From a virus, in the IMG/VR virus record IMGVR_UViG_3300031227_000032, positions 8,517 through 72,516 of that record: a DNA stretch of 64,000 bases; one strand, written 5' to 3'. This document shows, one piece after another, positions 9,345 through 19,842 of the stretch; position 1 is the first letter of the stretch, and each line of letters opens with the position of its first letter. The position numbers and the translations under genes are program-made. Under the pieces are notes generated by a model. The model saw nothing but the letters and a program-made list of their open reading frames with translations. It ran no database searches and had not been told where the DNA came from.

Positions 9345-9983
9345 ATGGGCTGTGATATCCATATGTTTGTAGAGACGCGGCGCAATTCGGACGCGCCGTG
9401 GCAGATGGTAGGTAAGGCGTGGCACGCTTGGTGGAAAGATGATCTAATTCATGCACCTTATGATGATCGGAATTATTTTACCTTTGCTATTCTGGCAGGG
9501 GTGCGGAACGGGTATGAAATTACGCCGATTGCGGAGCCGCGCGGCTTGCCTAATGATATGAGCACTGGGCTTCGTGAGCAACTAAAGGCGTCAGACGTTG
9601 ACGATGAATCGCCGTATATCGGAGAGCACGGCCTATCGTGGCTAACCCTTGGCGAGCTTTTGGCGCATGACTGGGCGGCAGTACAGGAATTGTGTGGATG
9701 TGTCGATGAGGAGCACTATCGGGCGTTCCGGTCGGGATACGGGCCACCGCAGCAGTACAGCGGCGGCGTGTCCGGCGGCCCATCGCGGATTGTCAGCAAT
9801 GAAGAATTGAATGCGATCATTGACGGCAAAGCGGAGCGCAGCGTTCATCACTATTACACTTGGATAAAGTGGCAAGAGCCTCATAGCGAGATTTGCGATA
9901 CGTTTTATGATGAGGCAATTCCAAGGCTGCAATCGCTCGGCGATCCTGAAAACGTCCGCATAGTATTTGACTTTGATAGCTAA
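9345..9983 (+). CDS. Conserved phage protein (MGCDIH family)
   Basis: MGCDIH...RNY..FAILAGVRN...PRGLP.D...SWLTL.EL...RIVFDFD. Confidence 0.8.
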   Translation: MGCDIHMFVETRRNSDAPWQMVGKAWHAWWKDDLIHAPYDDRNYFTFAILAGVRNGYEITPIAEPRGLPNDMSTGLREQLKASDVDDESPYIGEHGLSWLTLGELLAHDWAAVQELCGCVDEEHYRAFRSGYGPPQQYSGGVSGGPSRIVSNEELNAIIDGKAERSVHHYYTWIKWQEPHSEICDTFYDEAIPRLQSLGDPENVRIVFDFDS

Positions 9984-9989
9984 AGGCAA

Positions 9990-10385
9990 ATGATGATTGA
10001 TCTACCGATGAAACCATTCCATCAGCGGCTAATCGCCAAGGGTGACAAAACTACCACGTTACGCGGCAAGGTGTGGCGACCTGATACGTATAGGATGTAT
10101 GGCTATGGTGAGAGTGTAGGGAATGCTTACATGGAATTGCTATGCGAGTATACAGCGCCGGTGTTCATCGTATTTGAAGCTGACGGGATGCTCGACTGGA
10201 CACGGCAAACGATCAGCGGCAAATACTGGCTAGCGAAGTCTGAGGGGTATGAGTCAGTAGCGGAGTTTGAATCGTTCATGCGCTGCTGGAAGATATGGGG
10301 CAAGCCGTTCGGTGAACGCTTCATTACAGGCGAGCGTAACCTATGGCTGCATAGTGTAGTGTATGTGGAGGCAAATGATGAGTAG
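9990..10385 (+). CDS. ASCH/PUA-like domain protein
   Basis: IAKGDKTTTLR and AKSEGYES motifs. Confidence 0.55.
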   Translation: MMIDLPMKPFHQRLIAKGDKTTTLRGKVWRPDTYRMYGYGESVGNAYMELLCEYTAPVFIVFEADGMLDWTRQTISGKYWLAKSEGYESVAEFESFMRCWKIWGKPFGERFITGERNLWLHSVVYVEANDE

Positions 10386-10647
10386 ACCACCGAGCTATCG
10401 GATTATCAGGCGTGCTTATGCGGATGGGCGTGAAGAGTTCAGGGTGAGGCTGGGCGGCATCATGGCATGGTGGCTGGCCGTTGATACGTCATGGGGGCAA
10501 TTGGACAAGGTATGGAGTTCAGGCAAGCCGCACGTGTTCCGCAACAGAGATGACGCAGAAGAGGCATGCCACAAGCACTGGAATAAGTGGGTATCGAAAC
10601 AGCAGATCATCACAGACGAAACGCACTTTGATCCGGAGTCACCATGA
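10375..10647 (+). CDS. Hypothetical protein, paralog of 56423..56836
   Basis: Shares PSY.IIRRA.ADG.E and HFDPE.P. Confidence 0.7.
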   Translation: MMSRPPSYRIIRRAYADGREEFRVRLGGIMAWWLAVDTSWGQLDKVWSSGKPHVFRNRDDAEEACHKHWNKWVSKQQIITDETHFDPESP

Positions 10648-10761
10648 CGTTCTGTGACCACTGCAGCGCGGCGATCCTACCAGGGTGGGGGCATGTATGC
10701 GACGGCGCGGCGCTGTGTGATGCGTGCTGGGCGTGGTTGGGGTATAAGGTGGAGGATGATT

Positions 10762-11139
10762 ATGTGCCGTAACCTGCACCGCCGTAAGCGATACTTAAAC
10801 GCTGTGCTGAGTTGCTGCAAGATTGAAATGCACGTGCATTCTGGATATGGTGCGATGGCCAACCTTAACGAGCGCTCTATTTGCATACCGGCGATATTCA
10901 ACAAGCAAACATTCACGGTGGCAATGCATGAGATCGGGCATATCATGTGCGGAGATGATCAGGACATTATGCGCTGTGAGCTAAGAGCGTGGGACTGGGC
11001 ACACAAGAAGATGAAACGGCGCGGATGGTGGGACGCTGAAGCGGAAACGCGGGCATTGCAGAGCTTGGAAACGTATCGCGATGGTCTAGCATCTACTGAC
11101 TGGAGGCCGGCGACGGCTAGAGTTACCCCGCGAGTGTAG
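10762..11139 (+). CDS. Putative zinc metallopeptidase
   Basis: HEIGH plus downstream E.RAW motif; GGAGG RBS. Confidence 0.7.
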   Translation: MCRNLHRRKRYLNAVLSCCKIEMHVHSGYGAMANLNERSICIPAIFNKQTFTVAMHEIGHIMCGDDQDIMRCELRAWDWAHKKMKRRGWWDAEAETRALQSLETYRDGLASTDWRPATARVTPRV

Positions 11140-11206
11140 GCAGGGCTACAGCGTGACGCGATCCGCGCGCTACTAGAATTTACCACTGCTATTTTCTGCT
11201 AACTGC

Positions 11207-11235
11207 TTGACATATCCAAAATACTGCGTTATACT
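11207..11235 (+). promoter_or_regulatory. Promoter TTGACA-17-TATACT
   Basis: Consensus; variant leader CAGTTGACAA. Confidence 0.8.
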
Positions 11236-11265
11236 TAGATCAGTTGACAACGGAGGTACATAGAA

Positions 11266-12878
11266 ATGGAGATTGAAGCAGTGCTGATGAAATACGAAAA
11301 TCATGTGTATGCCGTGGTATCACGCGATGGCAGGCGTCAATATTTCAGGGCAGCAAATGATCGTGATGCGGCAAAGTACACTGAACGTTTATGGAGCGCA
11401 CACTAGCTAGTCTAGTGCATATATTTCAGGAGGTTATGACGTGAGTGGATTATTGAAGTGGATCGGCGTTGGACGTGAACCAACAATACCGGGCGACAAC
11501 GCGGCAACAGACATATACGAGGCAACCGCTGAGATTATCGTCAGTTATGACACCGGACGATCTGATGTTATGCAGCCAGGTGAGCGACTGGAATGCGCAG
11601 CCCATGATTATCCGATCAGCGTGCAGGCACACAGTAGCTAGACTGCTGACAATAGTAATGGAGGTGTGGATATGACATGTGACAAATGTAGCGGTGCGGG
11701 ACAATATAGTGTGCGAGGAGAATATCAGCAATGCGATAAGTGCAAAGGGCGGGGCGTCATCCTGTCCAGCGCAGACAAGATTGCGGAATCCCTGGAGGGC
11801 ATCAACGTATCCTTTGCGTCTATTGCACAATCGCTGCGCATCCTGACAGATACACACTAGGCGGCAAGTAGACTACAGTACATACACTGAGGAGGTGTGA
11901 TGATGAAAGTACCAGACAGATTCGAAATATTCAAGATCGCCCGAAAATGGTGGATGTTATTTCGATGCCGCGCGGCAGTACTACGCATACTGGGCATGAG
12001 TGATCTATTCCCGATGCATGATGATGATGACTGCCTGGATCACTGTGCAGCATACAACGCGGCGATGTTTAACATCAGAAGCGCGATTGCCGAGGAGTTA
12101 CATATTCGTCAGGAATGGCTTGAAGCATACAACGCTATGGAAGCTGCATTAGACGCTGAGGAGGTGTGAAGTGAATATGGAACGTGAGAAAATCTCTGAG
12201 TTTGACGTATGCTTGGCGTTCACTCCAATGACAACGCAAGGGCCGCTGGATTTCCAGTACATTGATTACAACGGTATGATACTGCGGCTACAGCATGACG
12301 CGGACGGATGGTATGTGAATCTGCCAGTACAAGAGGCGCATATCACATACGGCGACAGGAACATTTAGTACACACGAGGAGGTGTAACATGAGCAATATA
12401 GCTGACAAGATCAGAGACGGCCTGGAACGCATGATCAATACTGATTTGAACATTGACGACATGGCAAGGGCGCACGCAACGCTGGTAGCCATCGCAGAAT
12501 GGTGTGAAACCACAGATGATGCACGCGGGGCATATATGGTAAAGCACATTATCGCAGAGCGCTTGGAGGTGTGATATGAAACGCTGGATAATCCGCCACG
12601 CTGTAAACTTGCTAGACAGGCAAGACGCGGCAAAGCTGAAAGTAAATGATCTAGTGATTGGCTGGCATAATGCAGGTATACGCATCGGATTGCTGGATGA
12701 TATCAGTGCCAACAAGCAAGGCGCATACTGTGTATACATGGGCAGCAATCGTTGTAGCAGATTTCATTACGTGGCAAGGGTCACAACGTGGGCGGCGTTT
12801 GTGTTTGTGCTATTCAGCCAGCCGCGCAACCTCGGCAAGCTGTTTGAAGTGCTCGCCGATCAACGGGAGGATGTATGA
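11266..12878 (+). other. Run of small hypothetical genes (including 11441..11641, Zn-finger ORF to 11860, 11897..12169, 12171..12368, ORF to 12574, 12576..12878)
   Basis: Consecutive ORFs, most preceded by GGAGG. Confidence 0.65.
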
Positions 12879-13060
12879 TCGAATACATCACAATGAAGCA
12901 AGTTAGCGTAACCTTGCCGCTATCACGTGAGCGTATCGGACAGCTAGTACGTGCTGGCACAATCGCGCGTGACGGACGTAATCGCTACAGCAAGGCAGAC
13001 GTTGAGGCGTATCGTGACGCGCCGCGCAGCAAGGGCGGCAGGCCGAAAGTACAGCGGTGA
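12875..13060 (+). CDS. HTH DNA-binding protein (excisionase-like)
   Basis: YITMKQVS..L.LSRERIGQLVRAGTI...YSKADVEAY...GGRP. Confidence 0.75.
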   Translation: MIEYITMKQVSVTLPLSRERIGQLVRAGTIARDGRNRYSKADVEAYRDAPRSKGGRPKVQR

Positions 13061-13089
13061 AATTACGCTGGCTATTTTTCGTAAACCCC

Positions 13090-13118
13090 TTGACAAACTA
13101 AAATTACCATGTTATCAT
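13090..13118 (+). promoter_or_regulatory. Promoter TTGACA-17-TATCAT
   Basis: Consensus hexamers. Confidence 0.8.
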
Positions 13119-13140
13119 ATTACTAGATCGCAAGATCGAA

Positions 13141-13271
13141 CCTTGAAAAAGGGGCGGGGAACTGGGGAGACAAACCCAACTCCGAATAAAAAAGCACCCG
13201 ATGAACCTGGTGAACAGACCAAGAGAATCGGGGAATCTGGTAGAGGGATATACCCTCAAATCTTTCCAAGG
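13141..13271 (+). ncRNA. Candidate multi-stem structured RNA or leader
   Basis: Closing stem plus three internal hairpins found by eye. Confidence 0.4.
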
Positions 13272-13279
13272 GGTCAGCA

Positions 13280-13501
13280 ATGACTACCACAACCTTCACC
13301 ATCCTCCGCATCGCCATCCTCGATGGCTTCATCGTTCCCGCCACCTGGGAGAACGTCGCCCGGATCGAAGGCGCGCAGAACACCCGCGAGTTTCGCACTC
13401 GCCTGTACACTGAAGTGGAGAACGATCTCCGCTCCACCGCCATCGCCACCAGCGCACTCTATAGCGCTGGTCATTCCACAGGGCTGGTTGGCTTAAGCTA
13501 A
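13280..13501 (+). CDS. Small hypothetical protein
   Basis: ORF with C-rich third codon positions, followed by a CCC-TTCG-GGG hairpin. Confidence 0.6.
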   Translation: MTTTTFTILRIAILDGFIVPATWENVARIEGAQNTREFRTRLYTEVENDLRSTAIATSALYSAGHSTGLVGLS

Positions 13502-13711
13502 CCGACCCTTCGGGGCATGAGTGAAGATATACCAGATTCTCAGTATTATCGGAGGCAACCATGACCAAATCACAAGAGGCAGACAAGATCAACAAGCGTA
13601 TCATCGCTGATGCGTTGCAGGGTATCGACACATCCAGCGAGGCGTGTCTGCCGGGTATGTCGGCATCCCAAATCTATTGGGATCATTATATTGTGGCTAA
13701 GGAGGTGACGC

Positions 13712-13900
13712 ATGGATAAGCTATACAAGATCATCGAGACGCCGATCAGCAACAGCGTATCGAGTTATGACGTGTATGTGTATGTGCCGGGGCTACGCAG
13801 CCTTGAGTACCTAGACTCACATGATAGCCTGGATGATGCGCGGCTGTACTGTGAGGCGCGCGGCGTGGTAGTGAAGGAATCGTTAGTAAATGGAGGATGA
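13712..13900 (+). CDS. Small hypothetical protein
   Basis: AAGGAGGTGA RBS. Confidence 0.7.
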   Translation: MDKLYKIIETPISNSVSSYDVYVYVPGLRSLEYLDSHDSLDDARLYCEARGVVVKESLVNGG

Positions 13901-13948
13901 TTTGGGATAACCCCTTGACATTTACAGAATAACGGTTATAATAGAACC

Positions 13949-14290
13949 ATGACAAGTGAAACACAGACGGATAGCAAAACGAAACAGCAGCACCTAATCG
14001 GGCTGGCTGAGTCAGTACGCGGACTGGCTGAGGGATGCGCAATCGACATGCTACTCGCCGCCGCCGAAGCTGGCGAAACTGAGTATACGCTGAATCATAA
14101 AGAACTGATCGCCGCTGGCGCAAATCGCATTCACGAGACGCTCGGATGTGACGTACCGGAGCAGGTCAAAGCTGAGATTATCAAGCTGACCACCGCGCTG
14201 ATTGCAAACGAAAGCGGACTGAACGAATGGACAGCGGGCCTCATCAGCACCAACCTTGACGACCTGCACATTATCGCTAGGGGCAAGTAA
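13949..14290 (+). CDS. Hypothetical protein, leaderless
   Basis: TTGACA(13915)-16-TATAAT, ATG 6 nt later. Confidence 0.7.
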   Translation: MTSETQTDSKTKQQHLIGLAESVRGLAEGCAIDMLLAAAEAGETEYTLNHKELIAAGANRIHETLGCDVPEQVKAEIIKLTTALIANESGLNEWTAGLISTNLDDLHIIARGK

Positions 14291-14595
14291 GATGTACCCA
14301 GGCCAGAGTGACAAGATCATACATGCAAGCAAACATCCGGCGGTGGGGGATAATGTCAGGCGCACAAATCGAGACATTGCTATCATCGCAGAATATCTGC
14401 CAGATCAACGCCCAGCGGAGCTTGTCAACGGACAGTGGCGCGTTATCTACAGAGTGCGGGTGCCGTTTCATCGTGACGGACTGATGGAAGCTGTCAAGGT
14501 GATAGAGTCGCCGCGCGGTAAGTGCCAGTGGAAAGAAGTCTAGCTATTTCAGATAACCCCTTGACATTATCACAGGTACATGTTATAGTTTCACC

Positions 14596-14766
14596 ATGAC
14601 AGCAACACAGACAGCCGAGATTCACGAAGCAGAGGACAGGCTCCACGAGGCTAGAAAGATTATCAGGGCCATCGAGTATGCGGGAGTCAAGGCACTGGAT
14701 ACGATCCAGGCGCTGATCGTGGACATGGCGGAGACTCAGACGAAACTATACAAGCTGTCGAATTAA
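14596..14766 (+). CDS. Small hypothetical protein, leaderless
   Basis: TTGACA(14561)-17-TATAGT, ATG 6 nt later; manual translation MTATQTAEIH... Confidence 0.65.
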   Translation: MTATQTAEIHEAEDRLHEARKIIRAIEYAGVKALDTIQALIVDMAETQTKLYKLSN

Positions 14767-14781
14767 GTATTGGAGGATGAT

Positions 14782-15484
14782 ATGCACGTTGTACAGATGC
14801 AATTGGCAATGAATGCAATGCGTGGGCTAAGAGACCACTTACTGGAACAAGCGCATGAGGCAACTGAGCAAAGAGATATTGACTATTTCAGCGGACGCGC
14901 GGACGGACTAGATCAGGCAATGAATATCTTGCATGACAAGACCGGCGGCGCGATCAGCGCAGAGTAACATTGGAGGATGATATGAGCAACTGGACAATCA
15001 GCGGCGATGATACGTTCTGGGTAGTCGAAGACCCCACGGAGCTATCCGAGCTTGGCGACATTTGCTATGAGGTGAATCTGGAGAGACTGCAGTACATCAT
15101 TCACGGAACGCTACTCACTCAGCAAATGCTCCGCAACCCAACGCTACACGCAACCGAACGCGCAGCAACGGCAGACGCGCAAAGCCGACTGGCGGCACGC
15201 GATGACTGAGCTACTACAGTTTGTGGTATTATGTGGATGTTTGCTGGCAGTGGAGAGATGGTGGCCAGCGTTTCAGCGATGGTTAATGCAGCTAGGAGCG
15301 TGAGATGAAGCGATCAGAAGTGACAATCGGCGACGTGTATTTAGCAAAGGTCAGCGGCGTTATTTGCCGCGTGAAGATCGAAGCGGAGTCGCGTTACGGT
15401 GGATGGGATGCGCGCAATCTGGATACTGACAAGCGCGTGCGTATCAAAACTGCGCAGCGGTTGCGGGGTAAATGTCGTGAGTAA
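14782..15484 (+). other. Four small hypothetical genes (last one 15305..15484, [18 protein letters not shown]...)
   Basis: Repeated ATTGGAGGATGATATG start regions; manual translation. Confidence 0.6.
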
Positions 15485-15485
15485 T

Positions 15486-16196
15486 ATGAAACAAGCTATC
15501 GTTTACATACGAGTGTCAACTAAGCGTCAATCAATCGAGGGTATGGGGCTAGCCGCACAGTGTACACGTGCGCAGGCATGGTGTGAGTATTCAGGCTATA
15601 CTATGACCGCCGTTTACATTGAACGCGGAACGTCCGGTAGGCGGGCTGATAATCGGCCAGCATTGCGCGAAGCTATAGCTGCGTTAGGTAGTGGTAACGC
15701 TTTGGTAGTTTACTCGCTGTCAAGGCTTGCAAGGTCGTTAATGGATGCGTGCCATGTGCTCATAGAACTAGAAGCTATTGGTGCTGACTTTGTTTCGGCA
15801 ACGGAAAATCTTGATACAACATCTAGTGCGGGTAAATTATTGTTTCACATTCTGTCGGCATTTGCAGAGTTTGAATCAGATCAGATCAGCGACAGGGTAT
15901 TAGCTGCATTTGAGCAATGCCGCGCAACGGGCCGTGCGCACTGTGCGCAACCTGTTTATGGTTTCGATCATGTGCCGGTACAGATTGGCGATAAGGTCAA
16001 ATATAATTTAGAGCCGAATGCAACCGAGCTAGCGGTGATTCAGGATATGCGGGATATGCGGGCCGCTGGTATCAGCTATGGCCGGATCGCGGATAAGCTG
16101 AATAATGACCACGTGCCGACGAAACGCGGCGGGGTGGCTTGGTATGCTTGCGGAGTGCGGAGTATCCTGCAGAACAAGTTGCACGATAAGGACTAG
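15486..16196 (+). CDS. Serine recombinase (resolvase-type catalytic domain plus recombinase domain)
   Basis: YIRVST..Q, SG...RPAL, LVVYSLSRLARS, DTTSSAGKLLFHILSAFAEFE. Confidence 0.93.
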   Translation: MKQAIVYIRVSTKRQSIEGMGLAAQCTRAQAWCEYSGYTMTAVYIERGTSGRRADNRPALREAIAALGSGNALVVYSLSRLARSLMDACHVLIELEAIGADFVSATENLDTTSSAGKLLFHILSAFAEFESDQISDRVLAAFEQCRATGRAHCAQPVYGFDHVPVQIGDKVKYNLEPNATELAVIQDMRDMRAAGISYGRIADKLNNDHVPTKRGGVAWYACGVRSILQNKLHDKD

Positions 16197-16224
16197 CCAG
16201 TAATCAACTCGGCAGTCTCAGCTA

Positions 16225-16584
16225 TCACGGCAGATCATCCAGCACGGCGTCTAGTGTACCCTCTGCTATGCGCTCCTGTTGATCCATGATCGCGTATGCG
16301 TTGAATACCACGGCAGCTAAATGATCTTCGTCTACCATGCCCTGCGCGGCTTCGTCAGCATGGCGTAACAGTGAGTCCATAAACCTGCTATTCGGCTGGC
16401 CTAGTCTCCAGTTGTTATCACCATACTTTTTTGCGCCCCTCTCATACAGCAACGCAAGCCGCCTACGCGCGCGCTGTGGTATCAGGTCATATCTACCCTT
16501 GCCATCGCGGGTATCACGCTGCGAGCCTGTATCGAATTGCTCACGCTTGCCGCTGTCCTTTGTTTCGTAATCACCCTTTGCCAT
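16225..16584 (-). CDS. dATP/dGTP diphosphohydrolase-like protein (DUF5664 type)
   Basis: GKGRYDLIP...GAKKYGDNNW...SLLRH...EDHLAAVVFNA. Confidence 0.8.
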   Translation of the reverse strand: MAKGDYETKDSGKREQFDTGSQRDTRDGKGRYDLIPQRARRRLALLYERGAKKYGDNNWRLGQPNSRFMDSLLRHADEAAQGMVDEDHLAAVVFNAYAIMDQQERIAEGTLDAVLDDLP

Positions 16585-16768
16585 TATTGCCTCCGTCGTT
16601 TACATAGAATCCGGGGCCGTTAAACTTGATACTCGGGGCATCATATATACGCTCGATATTGCGTGACTTGCAGCGCGGACACCTCGGGGCTTTGGCTTCC
16701 ATCATAGTCTTATACTGCTTATCGAACTTGCAATCACAGGCATTGCAGTAGTAAGTATACGTCACCAT
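16571..16768 (-). CDS. FmdB-family zinc ribbon protein
   Basis: Y.Y.CNAC...CPRC...FNGPGFYVND. Confidence 0.85.
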   Translation of the reverse strand: MVTYTYYCNACDCKFDKQYKTMMEAKAPRCPRCKSRNIERIYDAPSIKFNGPGFYVNDGGNNGKG

Positions 16769-18006
16769 TACCGCGTCTCCCACGATTCATCATCTTCGCC
16801 TGTGAACTTCGCATCATATCCGCCATTGGGGTATATGTGGATGCCTACCCCGCCCATTCCAGGCGGCTCCCACCCTGCTTTGTGCGCATACGTTCCGAAA
16901 TACCCAAGGTATGACTGCCCGATAAGCACGTACTGTTTCCGCATGTACAGCCGCTTATTCGCCTTATCCTCGCATAAGCAAGTGACGATATTCTCTATCG
17001 CATCATGTACATGGAAGCTGACAATGTACTCTACAAAGTCGTTGAAGTTGCGGGGCTTGGTAGCGGCGTTCATCTTGCCGCCTTTCGTCTGACTAGCAGA
17101 CCGCCCGTGCTGTACATTGAATCCCCAATCGTAATCACCCCATTGTACACGCATTCGCATAGGGTAGTGGTAGTAAGGGATGTTGAGTTTATCAGCGATA
17201 ATATCCAGCGGACATTGATCAGTCTTTTTGCTAGTGCGATCCTCGTGGTTTCCCGCGTGCAGGAATAAGCACTTATGCGCAATCGGTGCGATCAGGTGCG
17301 TTATCTGCTGGAGTTGCGTGCGTGGTCTAACGTCTGAGTCATACGTCATGCCGCGCCCATCGTCAAGCGCGTTTTCCATAAAGTCGCCGCCGCCAAACCA
17401 GTACACACCCTCATGCTCCTGGATGTAACGGATAGTCGCCTGGAATTTTTCGGCAAGGTGCGCACGGTGTCCAAGATGCACGTCGCCTATCGGGATGATC
17501 TTGATACGCTCCGTTGTATCTTTCAACGTAACCGCTTGGTAAATCGGAGTATCGGTCAGCTCATCACGCTGGATGTAACATGACCACTCACGCGGCAATA
17601 CTTTGATTTCATCGCGCCATTCGGGTAGCAGGATGTATGTCTGGTCATTCCAGTCATTACGGCCTAGATGTATTTCAAGCTCGCCGTAGTCGTCGTCTAA
17701 CGCAATCCCTACCTCATGCTCCGTAAGCTCGAACTTGCGTCCAATGTCGGCAACTGTGCGCGCTTTAGCTAGATACCTGGACAGCTTATAGCGCAGCCCT
17801 GTATTATCCTCTGGCACGTCAGACATTCCGCGTAGTCGATCAGCACACGCGCCCGTCAGTGACTTGCGGACATCGTTAGAGTTGTAGACCGTATCGGGCG
17901 AACCGAACTTATCGTTCAGCGCATCAGCTCTATCCGCCCACGTCATATCATCATCGAACGTCAAGCAGAATTTCAGTACATCGTCACGCCACTTTACGCT
18001 ATTCAC
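16768..18006 (-). CDS. Calcineurin-like metallophosphoesterase with N-terminal extension
   Basis: GDVH, GGDF, GNHE, HG and HVH motifs. Confidence 0.85.
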   Translation of the reverse strand: MNSVKWRDDVLKFCLTFDDDMTWADRADALNDKFGSPDTVYNSNDVRKSLTGACADRLRGMSDVPEDNTGLRYKLSRYLAKARTVADIGRKFELTEHEVGIALDDDYGELEIHLGRNDWNDQTYILLPEWRDEIKVLPREWSCYIQRDELTDTPIYQAVTLKDTTERIKIIPIGDVHLGHRAHLAEKFQATIRYIQEHEGVYWFGGGDFMENALDDGRGMTYDSDVRPRTQLQQITHLIAPIAHKCLFLHAGNHEDRTSKKTDQCPLDIIADKLNIPYYHYPMRMRVQWGDYDWGFNVQHGRSASQTKGGKMNAATKPRNFNDFVEYIVSFHVHDAIENIVTCLCEDKANKRLYMRKQYVLIGQSYLGYFGTYAHKAGWEPPGMGGVGIHIYPNGGYDAKFTGEDDESWETR

Positions 18007-18485
18007 GCGTCACCTCCATTCATTTCCAGCAGTCCATCTTCAGCCCACTCGTATAAATCGAAGTTACGATTTGCAGCATACTCGTATTCAGTACGCGCAC
18101 CTTTGGAATCCTGCCACGGATACATGCAATGATAATCTATCTTGCCATCGCTATCAAAGGACAGCATCAGGATAGACGCACTTTCAGCTAAGCCAAACTC
18201 ACGCATTGCATACATAGCAAATAGCCATTCGCAATCCGCCTCTATCCAATCCGAATGATCAGCCTCGCAAGTGCCATCCCAGTTTTCAATGTGGTTCACC
18301 GACCCCCACGGGCTAAATACAGCAAATCCGGCGGCAACTAATTTGCCCTCTATTCTGGCAACCTCTTTACTGATCTTTTGGGATAGCTCGAATCCAGGCT
18401 TAGTCATGGGGCCGGATATGTAGATGTAAGCGGGGCGCTCATCGGGGCAGATGATATCGTCAATAGGTTCCGTAGTAATCTCCAT
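18003..18485 (-). CDS. DUF4406 / nucleoside deoxyribosyltransferase-like protein
   Basis: IYISGPMT...VFSP...WQDSKGARTE. Confidence 0.7.
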   Translation of the reverse strand: MEITTEPIDDIICPDERPAYIYISGPMTKPGFELSQKISKEVARIEGKLVAAGFAVFSPWGSVNHIENWDGTCEADHSDWIEADCEWLFAMYAMREFGLAESASILMLSFDSDGKIDYHCMYPWQDSKGARTEYEYAANRNFDLYEWAEDGLLEMNGGDA

Positions 18486-18488
18486 AGG

Positions 18489-19130
18489 CTACTCCTTTGG
18501 TTTCAGGTTACGCAACTCCGGTGAGAATCTAAACCTATTCAGTAAACCTCGCGTCTCTTCGCTCAGCACATCAGGGGCATCGGCAATCTCGTATATCGCT
18601 GGCAGCATGTTTACCAACGCTTGCCGTTGCGCGGTAAGTGCCTCATCAGTAAACGGCGCAGCGTCAATCCGCAGCGCGTAAGCCATCGGTGTTTTTGCGA
18701 CGTACTTACCTTTATACCAACCTGACTTACCAAGGTTGCGCCAGTACAAACCCTGGTTATCACAGAACTTCACAAACGGATTGCCAAGGTCTTTACCCTG
18801 CGCGGCAGTCAGTGCAAAGCCGACGTGATCCGGCGCTTTGTTATTGTTCAAGTCCATCGTCACGATAATATCCAGCGCCCTAACGTCGCGCGGCCTCATC
18901 ACACGTGTAATGTTCTGCTCGCGTTCTATCCTGCCAGGGCCATCGACATTGCCTACAATATCAGAAGTCCATGTTCGCACCTCATCTATCATTCCAATGT
19001 CCAGTAACACAAGCGATAGGAATGTTGCGCAGCTTGGCGCTCCGTTAGTGACCTTGCGCGCGCGCTTGCGTAAGGTGTTGCAATATCCAGCATCGTGAAT
19101 GTTGCCAGATAGCTCAGCGATTTTATTCAT
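18489..19130 (-). CDS. Putative NlpC/P60/CHAP-like hydrolase (endolysin candidate)
   Basis: SCATFLS...DHVGF Cys/His pair; lysis-region position. Confidence 0.5.
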   Translation of the reverse strand: MNKIAELSGNIHDAGYCNTLRKRARKVTNGAPSCATFLSLVLLDIGMIDEVRTWTSDIVGNVDGPGRIEREQNITRVMRPRDVRALDIIVTMDLNNNKAPDHVGFALTAAQGKDLGNPFVKFCDNQGLYWRNLGKSGWYKGKYVAKTPMAYALRIDAAPFTDEALTAQRQALVNMLPAIYEIADAPDVLSEETRGLLNRFRFSPELRNLKPKE

Positions 19131-19725
19131 CGAGCACCTCCCAGTATTCAAATACTCCAGCTTCCGCAATATCACGCGGACTCCAGCGTTGCGGCTCAAT
19201 GCGTGCGTTGACCTTGCGCGGGCCTCCCAGTGCTAGTGCGTGCCGCTGCCCATTCCATGCGTTGCTGTAGCTTAATGCGTCTCTCACGGCCTCTGAGCAG
19301 AATAGCTTACCCGCCCAGCGCCAGCCGACAAACCATCGCATGATCGCAAAGACCAGCCCCCATACGTTGTATGTATCGTGACGGTGATCTTTAATCCACT
19401 GCCGCAATCCGTGAGTACTGAGTTTCGCGCTAGCTGTTTTGCTCAGGAAAAAGCCGACCGCTCCGAAAGGATACGCGGCCAGCCTGTCAGCAAGCGGAGT
19501 AATCACCATCCCGCCTTTCGGCCACGGGAATAATTTAGTGACTGTAAACTCTACGAGTGACAGCACGCCGTCAACCTGCACAACGATCCCCATATGCACG
19601 ATGTTGTGAAATCCATTGTTATCCCCGCCGTTGTAGAGTTGACCAGCGCGAATGAAGTTGTGTCCGACATTCCAGCGGTTAGCGACAAATCCTACAACGT
19701 CGCCTTCCCTTAGATGATTTAGCAT
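19123..19725 (-). CDS. Permuted papain-like amidase (YiiX/YaeF-like)
   Basis: GDVV...HMGIV...Y...FCSE. Confidence 0.7.
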   Translation of the reverse strand: MLNHLREGDVVGFVANRWNVGHNFIRAGQLYNGGDNNGFHNIVHMGIVVQVDGVLSLVEFTVTKLFPWPKGGMVITPLADRLAAYPFGAVGFFLSKTASAKLSTHGLRQWIKDHRHDTYNVWGLVFAIMRWFVGWRWAGKLFCSEAVRDALSYSNAWNGQRHALALGGPRKVNARIEPQRWSPRDIAEAGVFEYWEVLDE

Positions 19726-19842
19726 TCGCCCTCCTGACGTACCGTCGCCGTATCCACCGCTTTGATTTTAGCGGCAGATCGTCAAATTCCCCTGACGTAA
19801 TCGGCATAGCCATGATGATCCTCCAGACCATTAACAGTCCGA

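Noticed and set aside
8500-15000. Repeated motifs as a CRISPR array
   Set aside because: The repeats are promoters and RBSs separated by whole genes at irregular spacing; no cas genes are present.
16225-16584. Z-base (2-aminoadenine) genome pathway
   Set aside because: No PurZ or DNA polymerase gene is present in the window, and this hydrolase family is widespread without it.
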